Assembly (NCBI GenBank): GCA_964291415.2
Contig: OZ219920.1
Span: 384,001 to 448,000 of the forward strand
DNA: 64,000 nucleotides
Reading direction: 5' to 3'
From: Alphaproteobacteria bacterium
Lineage (GTDB): Bacteria; Pseudomonadota; Alphaproteobacteria; SP197
This document shows, piece by piece, positions 30,302 through 40,999 of the stretch (positions are counted from its first letter, which is position 1; every line of letters starts with the position of its first letter). The position numbers were made by a program, and so were the translations under genes. A model generated the notes under the pieces. It did no database searches. It had not been told where the DNA came from and saw only the letters and a program-made list of their open reading frames with translations.

Positions 30302-30583
30302 ATGGCCAAGTTCGTCATGCTCGGAAAGTACACGCAAGGGTCGATGGAAGGGATCAGCGCATCGCGCACCGACCAGGCGGGAGAAGTCATCCGGGAGAGC
30401 GGTGGCGAGGTGATCGGCATGTACGCGCTGCTCGGGGCCTTCGACCTCATCCTCTTGGTCGAGTTGCCGGATATCGAGACCGCGATGCAGGTCTCACTGA
30501 AGTTGACGCGCCTGACCGGGGTCGGGTTCCTGACCTCGCCCGCCGTCGACGTGGAGACGTTCGACGCCCTCGCTTCGAGCTAG
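30302..30583 (+). CDS. GYD-domain protein
   Basis: KFVMLGKYT.G, GGEVIGMYALLGAFDLILLVELPD. Confidence 0.8.
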   Translation: MAKFVMLGKYTQGSMEGISASRTDQAGEVIRESGGEVIGMYALLGAFDLILLVELPDIETAMQVSLKLTRLTGVGFLTSPAVDVETFDALASS

Positions 30584-30680
30584 CGTTCGACCCGCCTCCT
30601 TGAACTTCGCTGGATCCGGCGGTTCTCCCGCGGCGACCTCCGCCACTCGCGCGCCAGCTTCGAAATCCTGAAGGCCAGCC

Positions 30681-32501
30681 TTACCCTTTCGCGCGGGCGT
30701 GACGGCGGCGTTCGTGGACATTGAGGAAGCGCTTGCGCAGGCGAATGGATGAGGGCGTGACTTCGACGAGTTCGTCATCGTCGATCCAGGCGATCGCTTG
30801 TTCGAGCGTAAGGCGCATCGGCGGAGAGAGGTCGAGGGCGTCATCCTTGCCAGCCGCCCGAAAGTTCGTGAGTTGCTTGGTCTTGAGAGGGTTGACGTCG
30901 AGATCGCTGCCGCGGCTGTGTTCGCCGATGATCATGCCGGGATAGACCTCTTCGCCCGGGCCGATCATCAGGCGGCCCCGGTCTTCGAGACCGAAGAGGG
31001 CATAGCCGGATGCCCTGCCTCGTTCGAGCGACACGAGGACACCCTGGCGCCGTGTCGGCAGCCTCCCGCGATGCGGTCCGTATGCATGAAAGACGCGATG
31101 CATGACGCCGGTTCCCCGGGTTCGGCCGAGGAACTCGCCGTGGTAGCCGATCAGTCCCCGCGACGGGCACTGGAAGACGAGACGCTGCTTGCCGCCGGAA
31201 AGCGTTCTCATGTCCCTCAGTTCACCCCTGCGACGGGAGAGGGTTTCCACCACGGCGCCGGCATGGTCGGAATCGACATCCACCACGACCTCCTCGATCG
31301 GTTCCTCGAGCGTCCCGCTTTCCGGATTGTGGCGCAACAGCACGCGCGGCCGGCTGATCGACATCTCGTAGCCTTCCCGGCGCATCTGTTCGATCAGGAC
31401 GGCCAGCTGGAGTTCGCCGCGCCCCGATACCTCGAGTGCGTCGTCGTCCGGCGCCGGGGAGACCTCGATAGCGACGTTGCCCTCCGCTTCCCTGAACAGG
31501 CGGTCGCGAAGCACCCGCGACGTCACCTTGTCGCCCTCGAGGCCCGCCAGGGGCGCATCGTTGATCGAGAAGGTGATTGCGATCGTCGAGGGATCGATCG
31601 GCGTGGCCGGCAGGGGCTCGCTCACGCCGGGGCTGGTGACCGTGTCGGCGACCGTCGCCACACCCAGTCCCGCAAGCGAGACAATGTCCCCGGCGTGCGC
31701 CTCCTCCAGCGCTACGCTTTCCAGTCCGCGGCGGGCGAGAACCTTGGTGATTCTGGTGGTCTCGATCAGGCCACCCTCACGGGAGAGGGCGTTGACTGTC
31801 ATGTTGGGGCGCACGCACCCCGAGGCGATGCGGCCGGTCACGATCCTGCCGAGCCAGGGGTCGGCCTCCAGGATCGTCGCCAGCATGCGAAAGTCCTCCG
31901 AATGATCGATGATCGGAGGCGGAACGTGATCGAGAACCGCCCGGAACAGCGCAGTCATGTCGTTCGCGTCACGTTGGGGCGTTAACGATGCCCAACCTTC
32001 CTTGGCCGAGGCGAAGAGGGTCGGGAAGTCGAGCTGTTCATCGCTGGCATCGAGGGACGCGAAGAGGTCGAACATTTCCTCTTCGACTTCACGCGCCCGC
32101 TGATCCGGCCGGTCGACCTTGTTGACGACACACATCGGCCGCAGCCCCAGGGCCAGCGCCTTGGAGAGCACGAATCTGGTCTGGGGCATCGGACCTTCCG
32201 TGGCGTCCACCAGCACCAGAACGCCGTCCACCATGCCGAGGACACGTTCGACCTCGCCCCCGAAGTCAGCGTGCCCGGGCGTATCCACGATGTTGATCGT
32301 TGTCCCTTCCCAGACCACCGAGGTGCACTTGGCGAGAATGGTGATGCCGCGCTCACGCTCCAGATCGTTCGAATCAAGCGCCCTGTCGGCGACCCTCTGG
32401 TTGTCGCGGAAGGTGCCCGACTGGCGGAACAGCACGTCCACCAGTGTGGTCTTTCCATGATCGACATGGGCGATGATCGCAACGTTGCGCAGGTTCATCA
32501 T
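30681..32501 (-). CDS. typA: Translational GTPase TypA/BipA
   Basis: [52 protein letters not shown]. Confidence 0.97.
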   Translation of the reverse strand: MMNLRNVAIIAHVDHGKTTLVDVLFRQSGTFRDNQRVADRALDSNDLERERGITILAKCTSVVWEGTTINIVDTPGHADFGGEVERVLGMVDGVLVLVDATEGPMPQTRFVLSKALALGLRPMCVVNKVDRPDQRAREVEEEMFDLFASLDASDEQLDFPTLFASAKEGWASLTPQRDANDMTALFRAVLDHVPPPIIDHSEDFRMLATILEADPWLGRIVTGRIASGCVRPNMTVNALSREGGLIETTRITKVLARRGLESVALEEAHAGDIVSLAGLGVATVADTVTSPGVSEPLPATPIDPSTIAITFSINDAPLAGLEGDKVTSRVLRDRLFREAEGNVAIEVSPAPDDDALEVSGRGELQLAVLIEQMRREGYEMSISRPRVLLRHNPESGTLEEPIEEVVVDVDSDHAGAVVETLSRRRGELRDMRTLSGGKQRLVFQCPSRGLIGYHGEFLGRTRGTGVMHRVFHAYGPHRGRLPTRRQGVLVSLERGRASGYALFGLEDRGRLMIGPGEEVYPGMIIGEHSRGSDLDVNPLKTKQLTNFRAAGKDDALDLSPPMRLTLEQAIAWIDDDELVEVTPSSIRLRKRFLNVHERRRHARAKG

Positions 32502-32781
32502 GAGGACGGCAAGGCTGGAAGGGAGGCACCCCTCAGGGTGCGCGGCACCATACCGACGGAGTGCGTGGATGCAAGGACCCAAGGCCGAAATCGGGGTCGC
32601 CTGCCGCCACGATATCGGAAAGGAACCCGAGCTTCACATCACCTTTTCATGAGCCCGAAGAGGACGACGGTACGACACCGAATGGTCACCATTCGCTCGC
32701 CGGGTGACAGCTCCGCGAGAACGGCGGCCTGTGCGCCACAGCATGCGGCCTTTCGGTGTTCGATTTGGTACCGGAGGGGCT

Positions 32782-33846
32782 TCAGTCGGCAAGCGCGACC
32801 ACATCGTCTGGATTGACATAGAGGTTCAGGCGATCGCCGGGGCGCACCGCCGTGCGTGCCGGCAGGTGTATCTGAATCTCGCGGTCGCCGTCACGCCCTG
32901 CCATGAGGCGGCAGCGGACATGCGTACCGCTGAAGTGACACTCCCTGACAATGCCTTCGCCGAGCGCCGCGAATCCCTCGCCGGGCGCCGTCTCGATCTG
33001 TTCGGGCCTGAGGGAGAGGACCACCCCGCCTTCGCGAAGGTCGCCGGCCGGAAGCTCCAACGCACCGAACGCGGTGGCGACCGTGAGGCCCTGGTCGTCT
33101 CGACGCGTGACCGTGCCTTCGATCAGATTGCTGTCGCCCATGAACGTGGCGACGAACCGCGTTGCGGGCTTCAGGTAGATCCGGGCGGGAGGTCCCTGGT
33201 CCTCGACCCGGCCTTCGTTGAGGACCACGATCGTGTCAGCCATGTTCATGGCTTCGTCCTGATCGTGAGTCACGTGGACGAAGGTGGTCCCCAGGTGCCG
33301 CTGCAAATGGAGCAGTTCCTCCTGCATCTGCCGCCTCAGGTTGAGATCGAGCGCTCCCAGGGGTTCGTCCAGAAGCAGGACCTGGGGATCGACGACGATG
33401 GCCCGCGCCAGGGCGACCCTCTGCCGCTGGCCGCCCGACAGCTCGTGCACACGCCGGTCGCCGGAACCGGCGAGGCCCACGAGATCGAGGGCCGCCTCGC
33501 TTCGCTGCCGCCTCTGCGGCACCGGAACGCCGCGCATCGCGAGGCCGAATGCGACGTTCCGGGCGACACTCATGTGGGGAAACAGGGCATAGTCCTGGAA
33601 CACCGTCGTGGTCGGCCTCTTCGCAGGAGGCACGCGGCCCATGTCCATGCCGGAGATCAGCACCCGGCCGCGCGTCGGTTCCACAAAACCGGCAAGAATG
33701 TTGAGCAGTGTCGTCTTGCCGCTGCCCGAGGGGCCGAGAAGCACGACGAATTCACCTTCGCCGATCTCCAGGGAAACGTCGCTCACCGCAGCGGCCTCGC
33801 CGAACAGTTTCGTGACGCCTTCCAGGCTGACGAGCGGTTGGGTCAT
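32782..33846 (-). CDS. PotA-like ABC ATP-binding protein
   Basis: GPSGSGKTT, VFQDYALFPHM, LSGGQRQRVALARA, LLDEPLGALD, TOBE tail. Confidence 0.92.
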   Translation of the reverse strand: MTQPLVSLEGVTKLFGEAAAVSDVSLEIGEGEFVVLLGPSGSGKTTLLNILAGFVEPTRGRVLISGMDMGRVPPAKRPTTTVFQDYALFPHMSVARNVAFGLAMRGVPVPQRRQRSEAALDLVGLAGSGDRRVHELSGGQRQRVALARAIVVDPQVLLLDEPLGALDLNLRRQMQEELLHLQRHLGTTFVHVTHDQDEAMNMADTIVVLNEGRVEDQGPPARIYLKPATRFVATFMGDSNLIEGTVTRRDDQGLTVATAFGALELPAGDLREGGVVLSLRPEQIETAPGEGFAALGEGIVRECHFSGTHVRCRLMAGRDGDREIQIHLPARTAVRPGDRLNLYVNPDDVVALAD

Positions 33847-34634
33847 GCGCGGACCCTCCTGCGGAACACGAAGAGCTCCATGACGATCACGAGAGCCATG
33901 GAGATCGCGAACACCACGGTCCCGACCGCGTTCGTCGTGGGATCGAGACCGCTTCTCAGCAGACTCCATATCTCGACTGGAAGGGTGACGTCGAAACGCG
34001 TCACGAGCCAGGCGACGATGAATTCATCCCACGACAGGGTGAACGACAGGAAGAACGACGCCGCGATTGCCGGCCACATCATGGGTACGCTGACAAGCGC
34101 CAGGACCTGCCATTCCCGCGCCCCCAGATCCCGCGCGGCGCGCTCGGCGCTGACCTGGTGGCCACCCAGTTGCGAGTAGCAGATGCCGAAGGCCAGCGGC
34201 AGGTTGATCACGACGTGTCCGATGACGACGGACAGCAGCGACTTCGGCATGCCGGTTGCCGTGAAGGTGATGAGAAGCCCGAGGCCGATGATGAGGTAGG
34301 AGACCGAAAGCGGGGCCATGAGGAGCCACTGGAAGAGGACGGAGCCGGGTATGCGGTGGCGCGCCAGGGCATGGGCCGCCAGAAAGCCCAGGACGGTCGC
34401 CAGCGCCGCCGACACGACTCCCACCATGACGGAATTGACGAGAGCCTCCATGAGATCGGAGTCCGAAAAGACCTCGTGATACCAGCGCAGCGACACGCCC
34501 TTGAAGGGAGGAACGGGGAGCCTTCCGTCCTGAACCGAAAAGATCACGAGGACGACCACGGGAAGGTAGATGAAGGCGTAGACCGCCAGCACGTAGACGG
34601 CGGCAGGAATGGCGGCGAGCGCCTGGGGCCTCAT
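33843..34634 (-). CDS. PotC-like ABC permease
   Basis: FIYLPVVVLVIFS, SLRWY, AARDLGA, FTLSWDEF, TLPVEIW. Confidence 0.9.
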   Translation of the reverse strand: MRPQALAAIPAAVYVLAVYAFIYLPVVVLVIFSVQDGRLPVPPFKGVSLRWYHEVFSDSDLMEALVNSVMVGVVSAALATVLGFLAAHALARHRIPGSVLFQWLLMAPLSVSYLIIGLGLLITFTATGMPKSLLSVVIGHVVINLPLAFGICYSQLGGHQVSAERAARDLGAREWQVLALVSVPMMWPAIAASFFLSFTLSWDEFIVAWLVTRFDVTLPVEIWSLLRSGLDPTTNAVGTVVFAISMALVIVMELFVFRRRVRA

Positions 34635-35479
34635 CAGACCCGGTCCATCTTCAGCCAGCGCGCGCACGCCAGGAAGACGGCGGAGACGACGAGCATGAGA
34701 ACGAGCGACATGGCGGACGCCATGGGAAAGTCCGCACGGCGCTGGACCTGCAGGAGGATCGCCTGCGGCATGACCAGTTCGCGGTTGCCGCCCAGGATCT
34801 GCGGCGTGACGTAGTCGCCGATCGCCAGCACGAAGGTGATGAACCCGCCGATCATCACGCCGGGCAGGCTCAGCGGAAGGACGACATGCATGAAGCTCTG
34901 GAATCTGGATGCCCCGAGATCCTCGGCTGCCCTGCGGTAGTTCGGTGATATCTGGACCAGATTGGCGTAGATCGTGAGCGCCAGGAGCATCGTGAAGAAG
35001 TGGACGAAACCCAGGACGGTGGCCCCGTTGCTGTTGGCGAACGACATGGTTTCCGAAAGCAGGCCCAGGGTGACCAGTGTCTGCGAGATGACGCCGTTCT
35101 CCGACAGCACCAGCAACCAGCTGTAGGAGCGCACCAGATAGGACGTCCAGAACGGCAGGATGGCGAGGACGAGACCGAGACGCTGCCAGCGCCGGGGCAC
35201 GAGGAAGGCCAGGATGTAGGCCAGCGGGTAGGCGAAGAGCACCGAGAGCACCACCGTGATGGCCGTGATCTCGAGAGAGTTGAAGAGGGCGTCGAGAAAG
35301 TAGCTCTTGCTCAGGAAGGCCTCGTAGTTCGCGAGCGAGGCCTCGCGCACCAGTTGCGTGCCGTCCCGTCTCCAGAGGCTGTAGAGCGCCATGACGGCGA
35401 AGGGCACGACGAAGAACGCGGCGACCCACAGGAGTGCCGGCGCCAGCAAGAGCCAGCCTGCGAGTCCCCGCCGGTTCAT
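34634..35479 (-). CDS. PotB-like ABC permease
   Basis: AYPLAY, LPFWTSYLVRSYSW, AAEDLGAS, GDYVTPQILGG. Confidence 0.92.
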   Translation of the reverse strand: MNRRGLAGWLLLAPALLWVAAFFVVPFAVMALYSLWRRDGTQLVREASLANYEAFLSKSYFLDALFNSLEITAITVVLSVLFAYPLAYILAFLVPRRWQRLGLVLAILPFWTSYLVRSYSWLLVLSENGVISQTLVTLGLLSETMSFANSNGATVLGFVHFFTMLLALTIYANLVQISPNYRRAAEDLGASRFQSFMHVVLPLSLPGVMIGGFITFVLAIGDYVTPQILGGNRELVMPQAILLQVQRRADFPMASAMSLVLMLVVSAVFLACARWLKMDRV

Positions 35480-35551
35480 CCCGTCATTCCCGTCCCGGCC
35501 CGCAGCCGTGCGGGCCGGGACGTCTGCGGTTCGTGTTAAGGGCGCGCAGAA

Positions 35552-36604
35552 TCAGTGCTGCAGCATTTCCGTCCAGATATCGAGGAACATGGCATCCAGC
35601 TCGGAATCCGGAATGAAATAGGGCCAGGAATTGGCAATGAAGGTTTCCTGTTCATCCCAGCGCAGTATCGCCTTTTCCTCGTCGGTGAGAGCGGCCTTGC
35701 TGTTCGAGGGCATGGCCCAGTAGCACGACGAGGTCGCCAGCCGCGCCTGGCCTTCGGGGCTGAGGACATACTCGACGAACTTGCGGGCCAGTTCCGGATT
35801 GCCGGCGTCGCTGAAGACGCCGATCGACTGGGACCAGCGCACGCCGCCCTGATCGGGATTCACCCACTCCATGTTGGGATCCTCGGCCATCAGCACCGCC
35901 GTCGCCCATTCGCCGCCGCCGGCGATGATGTCGACGTCGCCGGTTGCAAGAGCGGTCTGCACGGAGACGACCTCGCCCACCATCGCGGAACGTTCCTTCA
36001 TCTTGAGCAGGTGCTCGCGGATTGCCGGCAACTCGTCCTCGGTGATGCCGTCCTCGCGCAGGCCAAGGCCGACCGCCACCAGGTTGATGAGCGGAATGTA
36101 GTAGTCGTAGATCGCAATGCGGCCGCTGTAGTCATCGCTCCAGAGAACGGCGATGTCGCGCATGTCGTCGGCATTCACCTTCGAGGAATTGTACGAGATC
36201 GTGTTGTAGCCGAACTTCTCGGGCACGGCGTAGAGTTCGCCGTCGATCTCGTGAATCTCGGAATCGCGTATGCCGGGGAAGATATCGTCGAGCGGCAGGC
36301 CTTCCCGGTCGAGCGGCGCGAGGTAGCCGGCCGCCACGACCCGTGGAACATCGACCCCGTCGACGACGAAGACATCCCAGTCGCCGGGCTGCGACTGCTC
36401 GAGCAGCGCCAGCGCGGTGCCCGTTCCTTCGTATTCCTTGATGTTGACCGTCACACCGTGCTCTTCCTCGAAGGGCTCGAGAAGCGCCGGGTCGGAATGA
36501 TCGCACCAGACCAGCGCGTTGAGTTCGTCGTCTGCCGCGTGAAGGGGTGCGATCCCTGCAAGGAACACGGCGGCCATGCCGAATGCTCTCGTCCAGAATG
36601 TCAT
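35552..36604 (-). CDS. PotD/PotF-like substrate-binding protein
   Basis: Signal peptide; LEPFEEEHGVTV, YAVPEKFGYNTISYN, ARKFVEYVLSPEGQA. Confidence 0.88.
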   Translation of the reverse strand: MTFWTRAFGMAAVFLAGIAPLHAADDELNALVWCDHSDPALLEPFEEEHGVTVNIKEYEGTGTALALLEQSQPGDWDVFVVDGVDVPRVVAAGYLAPLDREGLPLDDIFPGIRDSEIHEIDGELYAVPEKFGYNTISYNSSKVNADDMRDIAVLWSDDYSGRIAIYDYYIPLINLVAVGLGLREDGITEDELPAIREHLLKMKERSAMVGEVVSVQTALATGDVDIIAGGGEWATAVLMAEDPNMEWVNPDQGGVRWSQSIGVFSDAGNPELARKFVEYVLSPEGQARLATSSCYWAMPSNSKAALTDEEKAILRWDEQETFIANSWPYFIPDSELDAMFLDIWTEMLQH

Positions 36605-37764
36605 GAAACTGTCTCCCCTGGTGATGTTGATGGATGCCGGGCCACGGCCCGTCCGGGCGCATCGTAGAGCCCCTGAAGACGGTGGTGAAATCGCCACACG
36701 GCCCGTTCGCTGTGCTGCGTTTCCCCGTCGTTGACGACGTAGCGGCCAACCCGCGGCGCCGCAAGGGACTTCAGTCCCTGCCAGACCCCTTCGACAAGCG
36801 CCGTGTCTTCGGCCTGCAGCGCACCGTCCATCGAGATGTGCGCCTGCTGCTCGGGAAGCAGGTCGTCCTCGGGCCGGTCGAAGAAAAATGAGTGACGGAA
36901 CACGGTCCGTTCCCATGAAAGGGGAATCGCTTCCCAGATGAAGAGATTGGCGGGACCGGGAGAGAACAGCACCATCGTCGTCGGCCAGGCCCAGTTGTAG
37001 CGGTTCGCCGTCACGCCGGGAGTTCCGTGCCGGCGGCAGGACTCCATCACGTGCCGGGCCGGCGGGCCTCCCATCAGGGTATGCCACGGGCCGTCCTCGA
37101 CGAAGGCGCGGTCGAAGTCCGCGTATTCGCAATAGCCGGGATGGGCGACTTCGGTGTGGTAGGACTCGACAAAATTGTCGATCACCACCTTCCAGTTGGC
37201 GCGGATCTCGTAGTCGATATGGCGCGCCTTGAGCAGACCCGCCGGCTCCACGCCGCAGGCGCGGGCATCCGCGAAGACCGGCCCGAAAATCTCTTCGGCA
37301 GGAGGCGCCGTACCATCGATGTTGACGAAGACGAACGAGTCGATTTCCGCGAACCGCACCGGCAGGAGGCCGAGCGAGGTCCTGTCGAAGGACTCGAGAT
37401 GCGCCGTGCGCCTGGCGCCGACGAGACGCCCGTCGAGATCGTAGACCCACCCGTGATAGGGACATTGCAGAACGTTGCGGCGGCACGGCTCCTTCACGAC
37501 CTGCATGGCGCGGTGCTGGCAGACATTGTGGAAGGCGCGGAGTTTCCCCTCGCGATTGCGCACGACGACCAGCGGCTCGCCGTGGATCGTCCGCGGCAGC
37601 ATGGAGCCCGGTTCCGGCACTTCGCCGGCATGACACATGTAGATCCACGAGGCATGGAAGACGCTCGCCCTTTCCGCCTCGAACACCGCCGGATCCGTGT
37701 AGTAGCGGGGAGCGAGGATCGGCGAAGCCAGAGGATCGTCGCTGACGCGCTGCCCGGCGGTCAT
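36601..37764 (-). CDS. Rieske non-heme iron oxygenase alpha subunit (choline/carnitine/betaine oxygenase-like)
   Basis: CQHR...CPYHGW Rieske motif; ANWK...ESYHTEVAH and EDTALVEGV iron ligands. Confidence 0.9.
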   Translation of the reverse strand: MTAGQRVSDDPLASPILAPRYYTDPAVFEAERASVFHASWIYMCHAGEVPEPGSMLPRTIHGEPLVVVRNREGKLRAFHNVCQHRAMQVVKEPCRRNVLQCPYHGWVYDLDGRLVGARRTAHLESFDRTSLGLLPVRFAEIDSFVFVNIDGTAPPAEEIFGPVFADARACGVEPAGLLKARHIDYEIRANWKVVIDNFVESYHTEVAHPGYCEYADFDRAFVEDGPWHTLMGGPPARHVMESCRRHGTPGVTANRYNWAWPTTMVLFSPGPANLFIWEAIPLSWERTVFRHSFFFDRPEDDLLPEQQAHISMDGALQAEDTALVEGVWQGLKSLAAPRVGRYVVNDGETQHSERAVWRFHHRLQGLYDAPGRAVARHPSTSPGETVS

Positions 37765-37771
37765 GTCGGTA

Positions 37772-38161
37772 TCAGGACGCGCCGGCGGCGACCGTCTCGT
37801 AGTCCGCCGGCGCTGTGACCTGGAGGAGTTCGCAGTCCGGCGAGACGGTGACAACGCGATGCGCAATTCCCGGCGGCTGGTGCACGAAGTCGCCCTTCGC
37901 GAACGTCACCTCGCCTTCACCCTCGTACCAGAATGTCGCGGTCCCCTCGAGCACGTAGACGATCTGGAAGTCGAGCATGTGGGAGTGAAGTTCCTCGAGC
38001 TGGCCGTGTCCGGTCGCCCGGCTGACATCGGCGGCGAACCTGCCCCCGGTCGCCGCCTCGAGTCCGAGGTCCCGGCTGACGAACGCCGAATTCCCGTCAT
38101 CGGCCGTCCACGAGGCATCCGACGCCCTGCTCACGAGGAATCCTGCCGCCCGGTCCGTCAT
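37772..38161 (-). CDS. Cupin-domain protein
   Basis: RDLGLEAATGG, HSHMLDFQIVYVLEG, HQPPGIAH. Confidence 0.8.
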   Translation of the reverse strand: MTDRAAGFLVSRASDASWTADDGNSAFVSRDLGLEAATGGRFAADVSRATGHGQLEELHSHMLDFQIVYVLEGTATFWYEGEGEVTFAKGDFVHQPPGIAHRVVTVSPDCELLQVTAPADYETVAAGAS

Positions 38162-38335
38162 CCGCCCCTCCCGTTTTCCCTCTCACAATACTATCGACCG
38201 TGCAGCCTCTTCACCAGTGGTCCGCACGGCGGGCGCAGCCACGATGCCCGTCGACGGCTTGGCTTTCCGCGCGCCACCGCCAGGCGGAACGTTCCGTTCG
38301 CGAAGGCCGGTCGAACGATGCGCCGAATGGCGCCT

Positions 38336-39061
38336 TCATGTCCCCTGGTCGAGCCAGGCGGCGATGAGCGCGCGGTAGCGTCTGCCGTCGAAACTCGGAA
38401 AGTGGCCGCCGTGGACGACACGAACCGGAAGATCCAGAATGCGCTTCATGGTGGCGGCATAGGCTTCGCGGTCGGAATGATAGGCGTCGTCGATGAGCGG
38501 TCCGTCATAGACCGTGTCGCCGGAGAACAGGATGCCCGTGGCCGCTTCCCACAGCATGATGCTGCCGGGGGAGTGTCCGGGCGTATGCATCACCTCGAAA
38601 CTCCGGTCGCCCAGATCGACGCGGTCGCCGTCGTCGATGAGCCGCGTCGCCGGCGCGGACCTGACTTCGTAGCTTTGCGAACTGTAGGGTCCGGGAGGGC
38701 GCCGCGTGAAGATGTCGTCGGTGACATAAGGGTCCGCAAGGGTGTTGGCGCGTGTGGGTCGCGCCATCAGTCCGGCCTCGTCACGATGGCACAGACGCTC
38801 GGCGAACTCGTGGTGGCAGCCGATGTGGTCGAAGTGGGTGTGGCTCGCCACCGCCAGGCAGGGGCGCTCGGCCACCAGCGCCACCTGTTCAACGAGACTC
38901 ACGACACCCATGCCGCTGTCCACCAGCATGTCGCAGTCGCGGCCGCGCACGTGCCAGATGTTGCAGCGGAAGAAGGCCTTGATGAAGGGCTCGTGAACAT
39001 GGGTCACGCCGTCCTCGAGGGAGGTCGTCTCGTACCAGGTTTCGGGTGTGGCGATACGCAT
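38336..39061 (-). CDS. Metallo-beta-lactamase-fold hydrolase
   Basis: SHTHFDHIG, HTPGHSPG, FSGD, HGGH. Confidence 0.9.
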   Translation of the reverse strand: MRIATPETWYETTSLEDGVTHVHEPFIKAFFRCNIWHVRGRDCDMLVDSGMGVVSLVEQVALVAERPCLAVASHTHFDHIGCHHEFAERLCHRDEAGLMARPTRANTLADPYVTDDIFTRRPPGPYSSQSYEVRSAPATRLIDDGDRVDLGDRSFEVMHTPGHSPGSIMLWEAATGILFSGDTVYDGPLIDDAYHSDREAYAATMKRILDLPVRVVHGGHFPSFDGRRYRALIAAWLDQGT

Positions 39062-39079
39062 GACGGGATCTCCCTTTTG

Positions 39080-39711
39080 TCACGGGCCGGGCAGCGAACG
39101 GTACGACATGGCTGATGCCGGCGGTTCGGCGGTCATGTCCCGTCCGATCTGCCGGGCCATGGCGAGCCAGGCCGGACGCGCGTCGCTGTCGTCGTCCACT
39201 CCCGGAAAGACGTGCATGGCAACATCGTCGATGCCGCAGTAGCCCAGGACGCCGACGTCGATCGAGCGGCGCATCGCCTCCTGGTAACCATAGCGCCGAT
39301 AGGTGGCGGCGGACGACCCGGCGGAGCAGAGCAGAACGGCCTGCTCCAGTGCCAGAAGGCCGCGGGATTGCCGGATCGTGAAATCGTAGGCCCAGCCCTG
39401 GCACCACACCCGGTCGATCCAGCCCTTCAGCATCGCCGGAAACGACCACCACCAGACGGGGAAGACGAAGGCGATGGCCTCGGCGCGCATGACGCGCTCC
39501 TGCTCGTCGAGAACGTCCGGGGGCATTGCCGCCGGCCCCTTCGTGAACTGGGCAAAATCGTCCGGGCGGAACCGCGGATCGAATCCTTCGCCGTGAAGGT
39601 CGGCCAGTTCCCATGCATGGCTGGCATCCTCAAGCCCTGCAAGGAACGCATCGAGAAGCGCTCCGGTGAAGGACTCCCTTTGGGATGGCAAAAGATCGTC
39701 AGGACGCGCAA
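39080..39711 (-). pseudogene. Flavodoxin-like NAD(P)H dehydrogenase (MdaB/KefF family) with an N-terminal frameshift
   Basis: FPVWWWSFPAMLKGWIDRV; expected N-terminus LRVLTIFCHP lies in a different frame from RESFTGALL (shift near 39680). Confidence 0.7.
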
Positions 39712-39983
39712 CGTGTTCCCGCTCGTGACCGTCGACGGACATTGTAGGCACCTGTGCGCCGTTTCGCACATCCAGATGACCTCGTCCTGACAAGGAGTCA
39801 TGTTTCGATGAGCGATGCCGCGACATCCAAGCGAACGACCTGTCGGCGCTGCCGGGCCTGCTTCTCCGATGTCAAGGTCGGCACGATGACGCCGGGCGAG
39901 ATCGTCGCAAAGCGGCGGGCAGCACAGCCCAAGGAGCGCTCGCCATTGCAGGAGTACATGATCGACCTGTCGCATCTGCCCGG

Positions 39984-40062
39984 TGTCAAACCCGACTGAA
40001 AATCTGTCGCTTCCGCTTTTGCTCTGTCCTCCCGGGCGAGTGCGTCGATGAAGTGACCCACA
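39984..40062 (+). mobile_element. Isolated IS21-family terminal repeat
   Basis: TGTCAAACCCGACTGAAAAT resembles the reverse complement of the IS21 end at 27680-27699 (TGTCAATGCCGACTGAAAAT). Confidence 0.55.
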
Positions 40063-40277
40063 GCGGGCGGCTCGCACCGAAGTCGTAGTAGGCGGTGGTG
40101 ATCATGATCCTTCTTTCTTCCGACTGGGCTCGTGCGCCCGGTCGCACGACCTCGGACTTCGCGTCTTCGTCGACCGGGTCGACGAAGACTCGACCTTCGA
40201 TGTGCAGACGCCGCGCTCCTACGCGGGTGCCCCTGGAAGCTTCTGGTCGGCGTCGGTTCCGAGTTTCTTCGACCCTG

Positions 40278-40680
40278 TCACAGGGCGGCGTAGACGGCCT
40301 CGATCATGCGTTGGCGACGGATCCGCAGCTCCTCACTGCGGCCGAGCATCCGGTTCATGACAGAGGCGACGCCGAGGCTCGTGTCCGGATCGGCGAAGGC
40401 GCCACCCCAGCCGTTGTGGCCGAATGACAAGGGATCGGGATCCTGCGGGTTCTCTTGGTTTGCGAGTACGAAGCCGGCACCGAAACGGCAGAGTTCGTTG
40501 AGAGAGTCGTCCATGCCGTCGAAGCGCTCGGCTGTCGCCCGGGCGACGGCCCGCCGGTGAGATCAGGCCTCCGCCGCCATGGCGACAGCCAGTGCCAGGA
40601 CACCCTTGCTCGTTGACCAGATGTTGGCCAGCATGTCGTCCCGCCACGGCACCGTCTGATCCCTGTGGTAGACCATTTCA
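40278..40680 (-). pseudogene. Serine hydrolase (beta-lactamase family) remnant with internal deletion
   Basis: PWRDDMLANIWSTSKG (SxxK) close to C-terminal SFGHNGWGG..ADP...VMNRM. Confidence 0.7.
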
Positions 40681-40783
40681 ATGCGCGGTCTCGCTATGTG
40701 CCTCGACAATCGCGGGTGCTGTCGATGTCGACAGGCGTCCAGCTTCGCGGATCCCGCAATGACCCGGGCGAAGGATCCTGTGT

Positions 40784-40999
40784 TCAGCTCTCCCGACGGC
40801 CTCCACCGCCGCCATCGGACGACGATGACACAGATTTTCGTCCGCTGCTTCCCTGATTGGGCGGATTGGAGGGCGGGCTGCTCGGAGACGCCTCGCTGGT
40901 GGCAGGCCGATGCCCGCCGATCACGCCGGGGGCGCCGACGGTTCCGGGCTGATAGCCTTTCTCCACGGTGGAGGGCCTTGGTCTATCCGGTCTCGTCAT
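40784..40999 (-). CDS. Small Pro/Ser-rich protein coupled to the upstream membrane protein
   Basis: ATG overlaps upstream TGA; EKGYQP...PPSNPPNQGSSG. Confidence 0.55.
   Translation of the reverse strand: MTRPDRPRPSTVEKGYQPGTVGAPGVIGGHRPATSEASPSSPPSNPPNQGSSGRKSVSSSSDGGGGGRRES

Noticed and set aside
39720-39980. Short ORFs between the flavodoxin-like gene and the IS21 end
   Set aside because: No identifiable family; probably a truncated gene fragment
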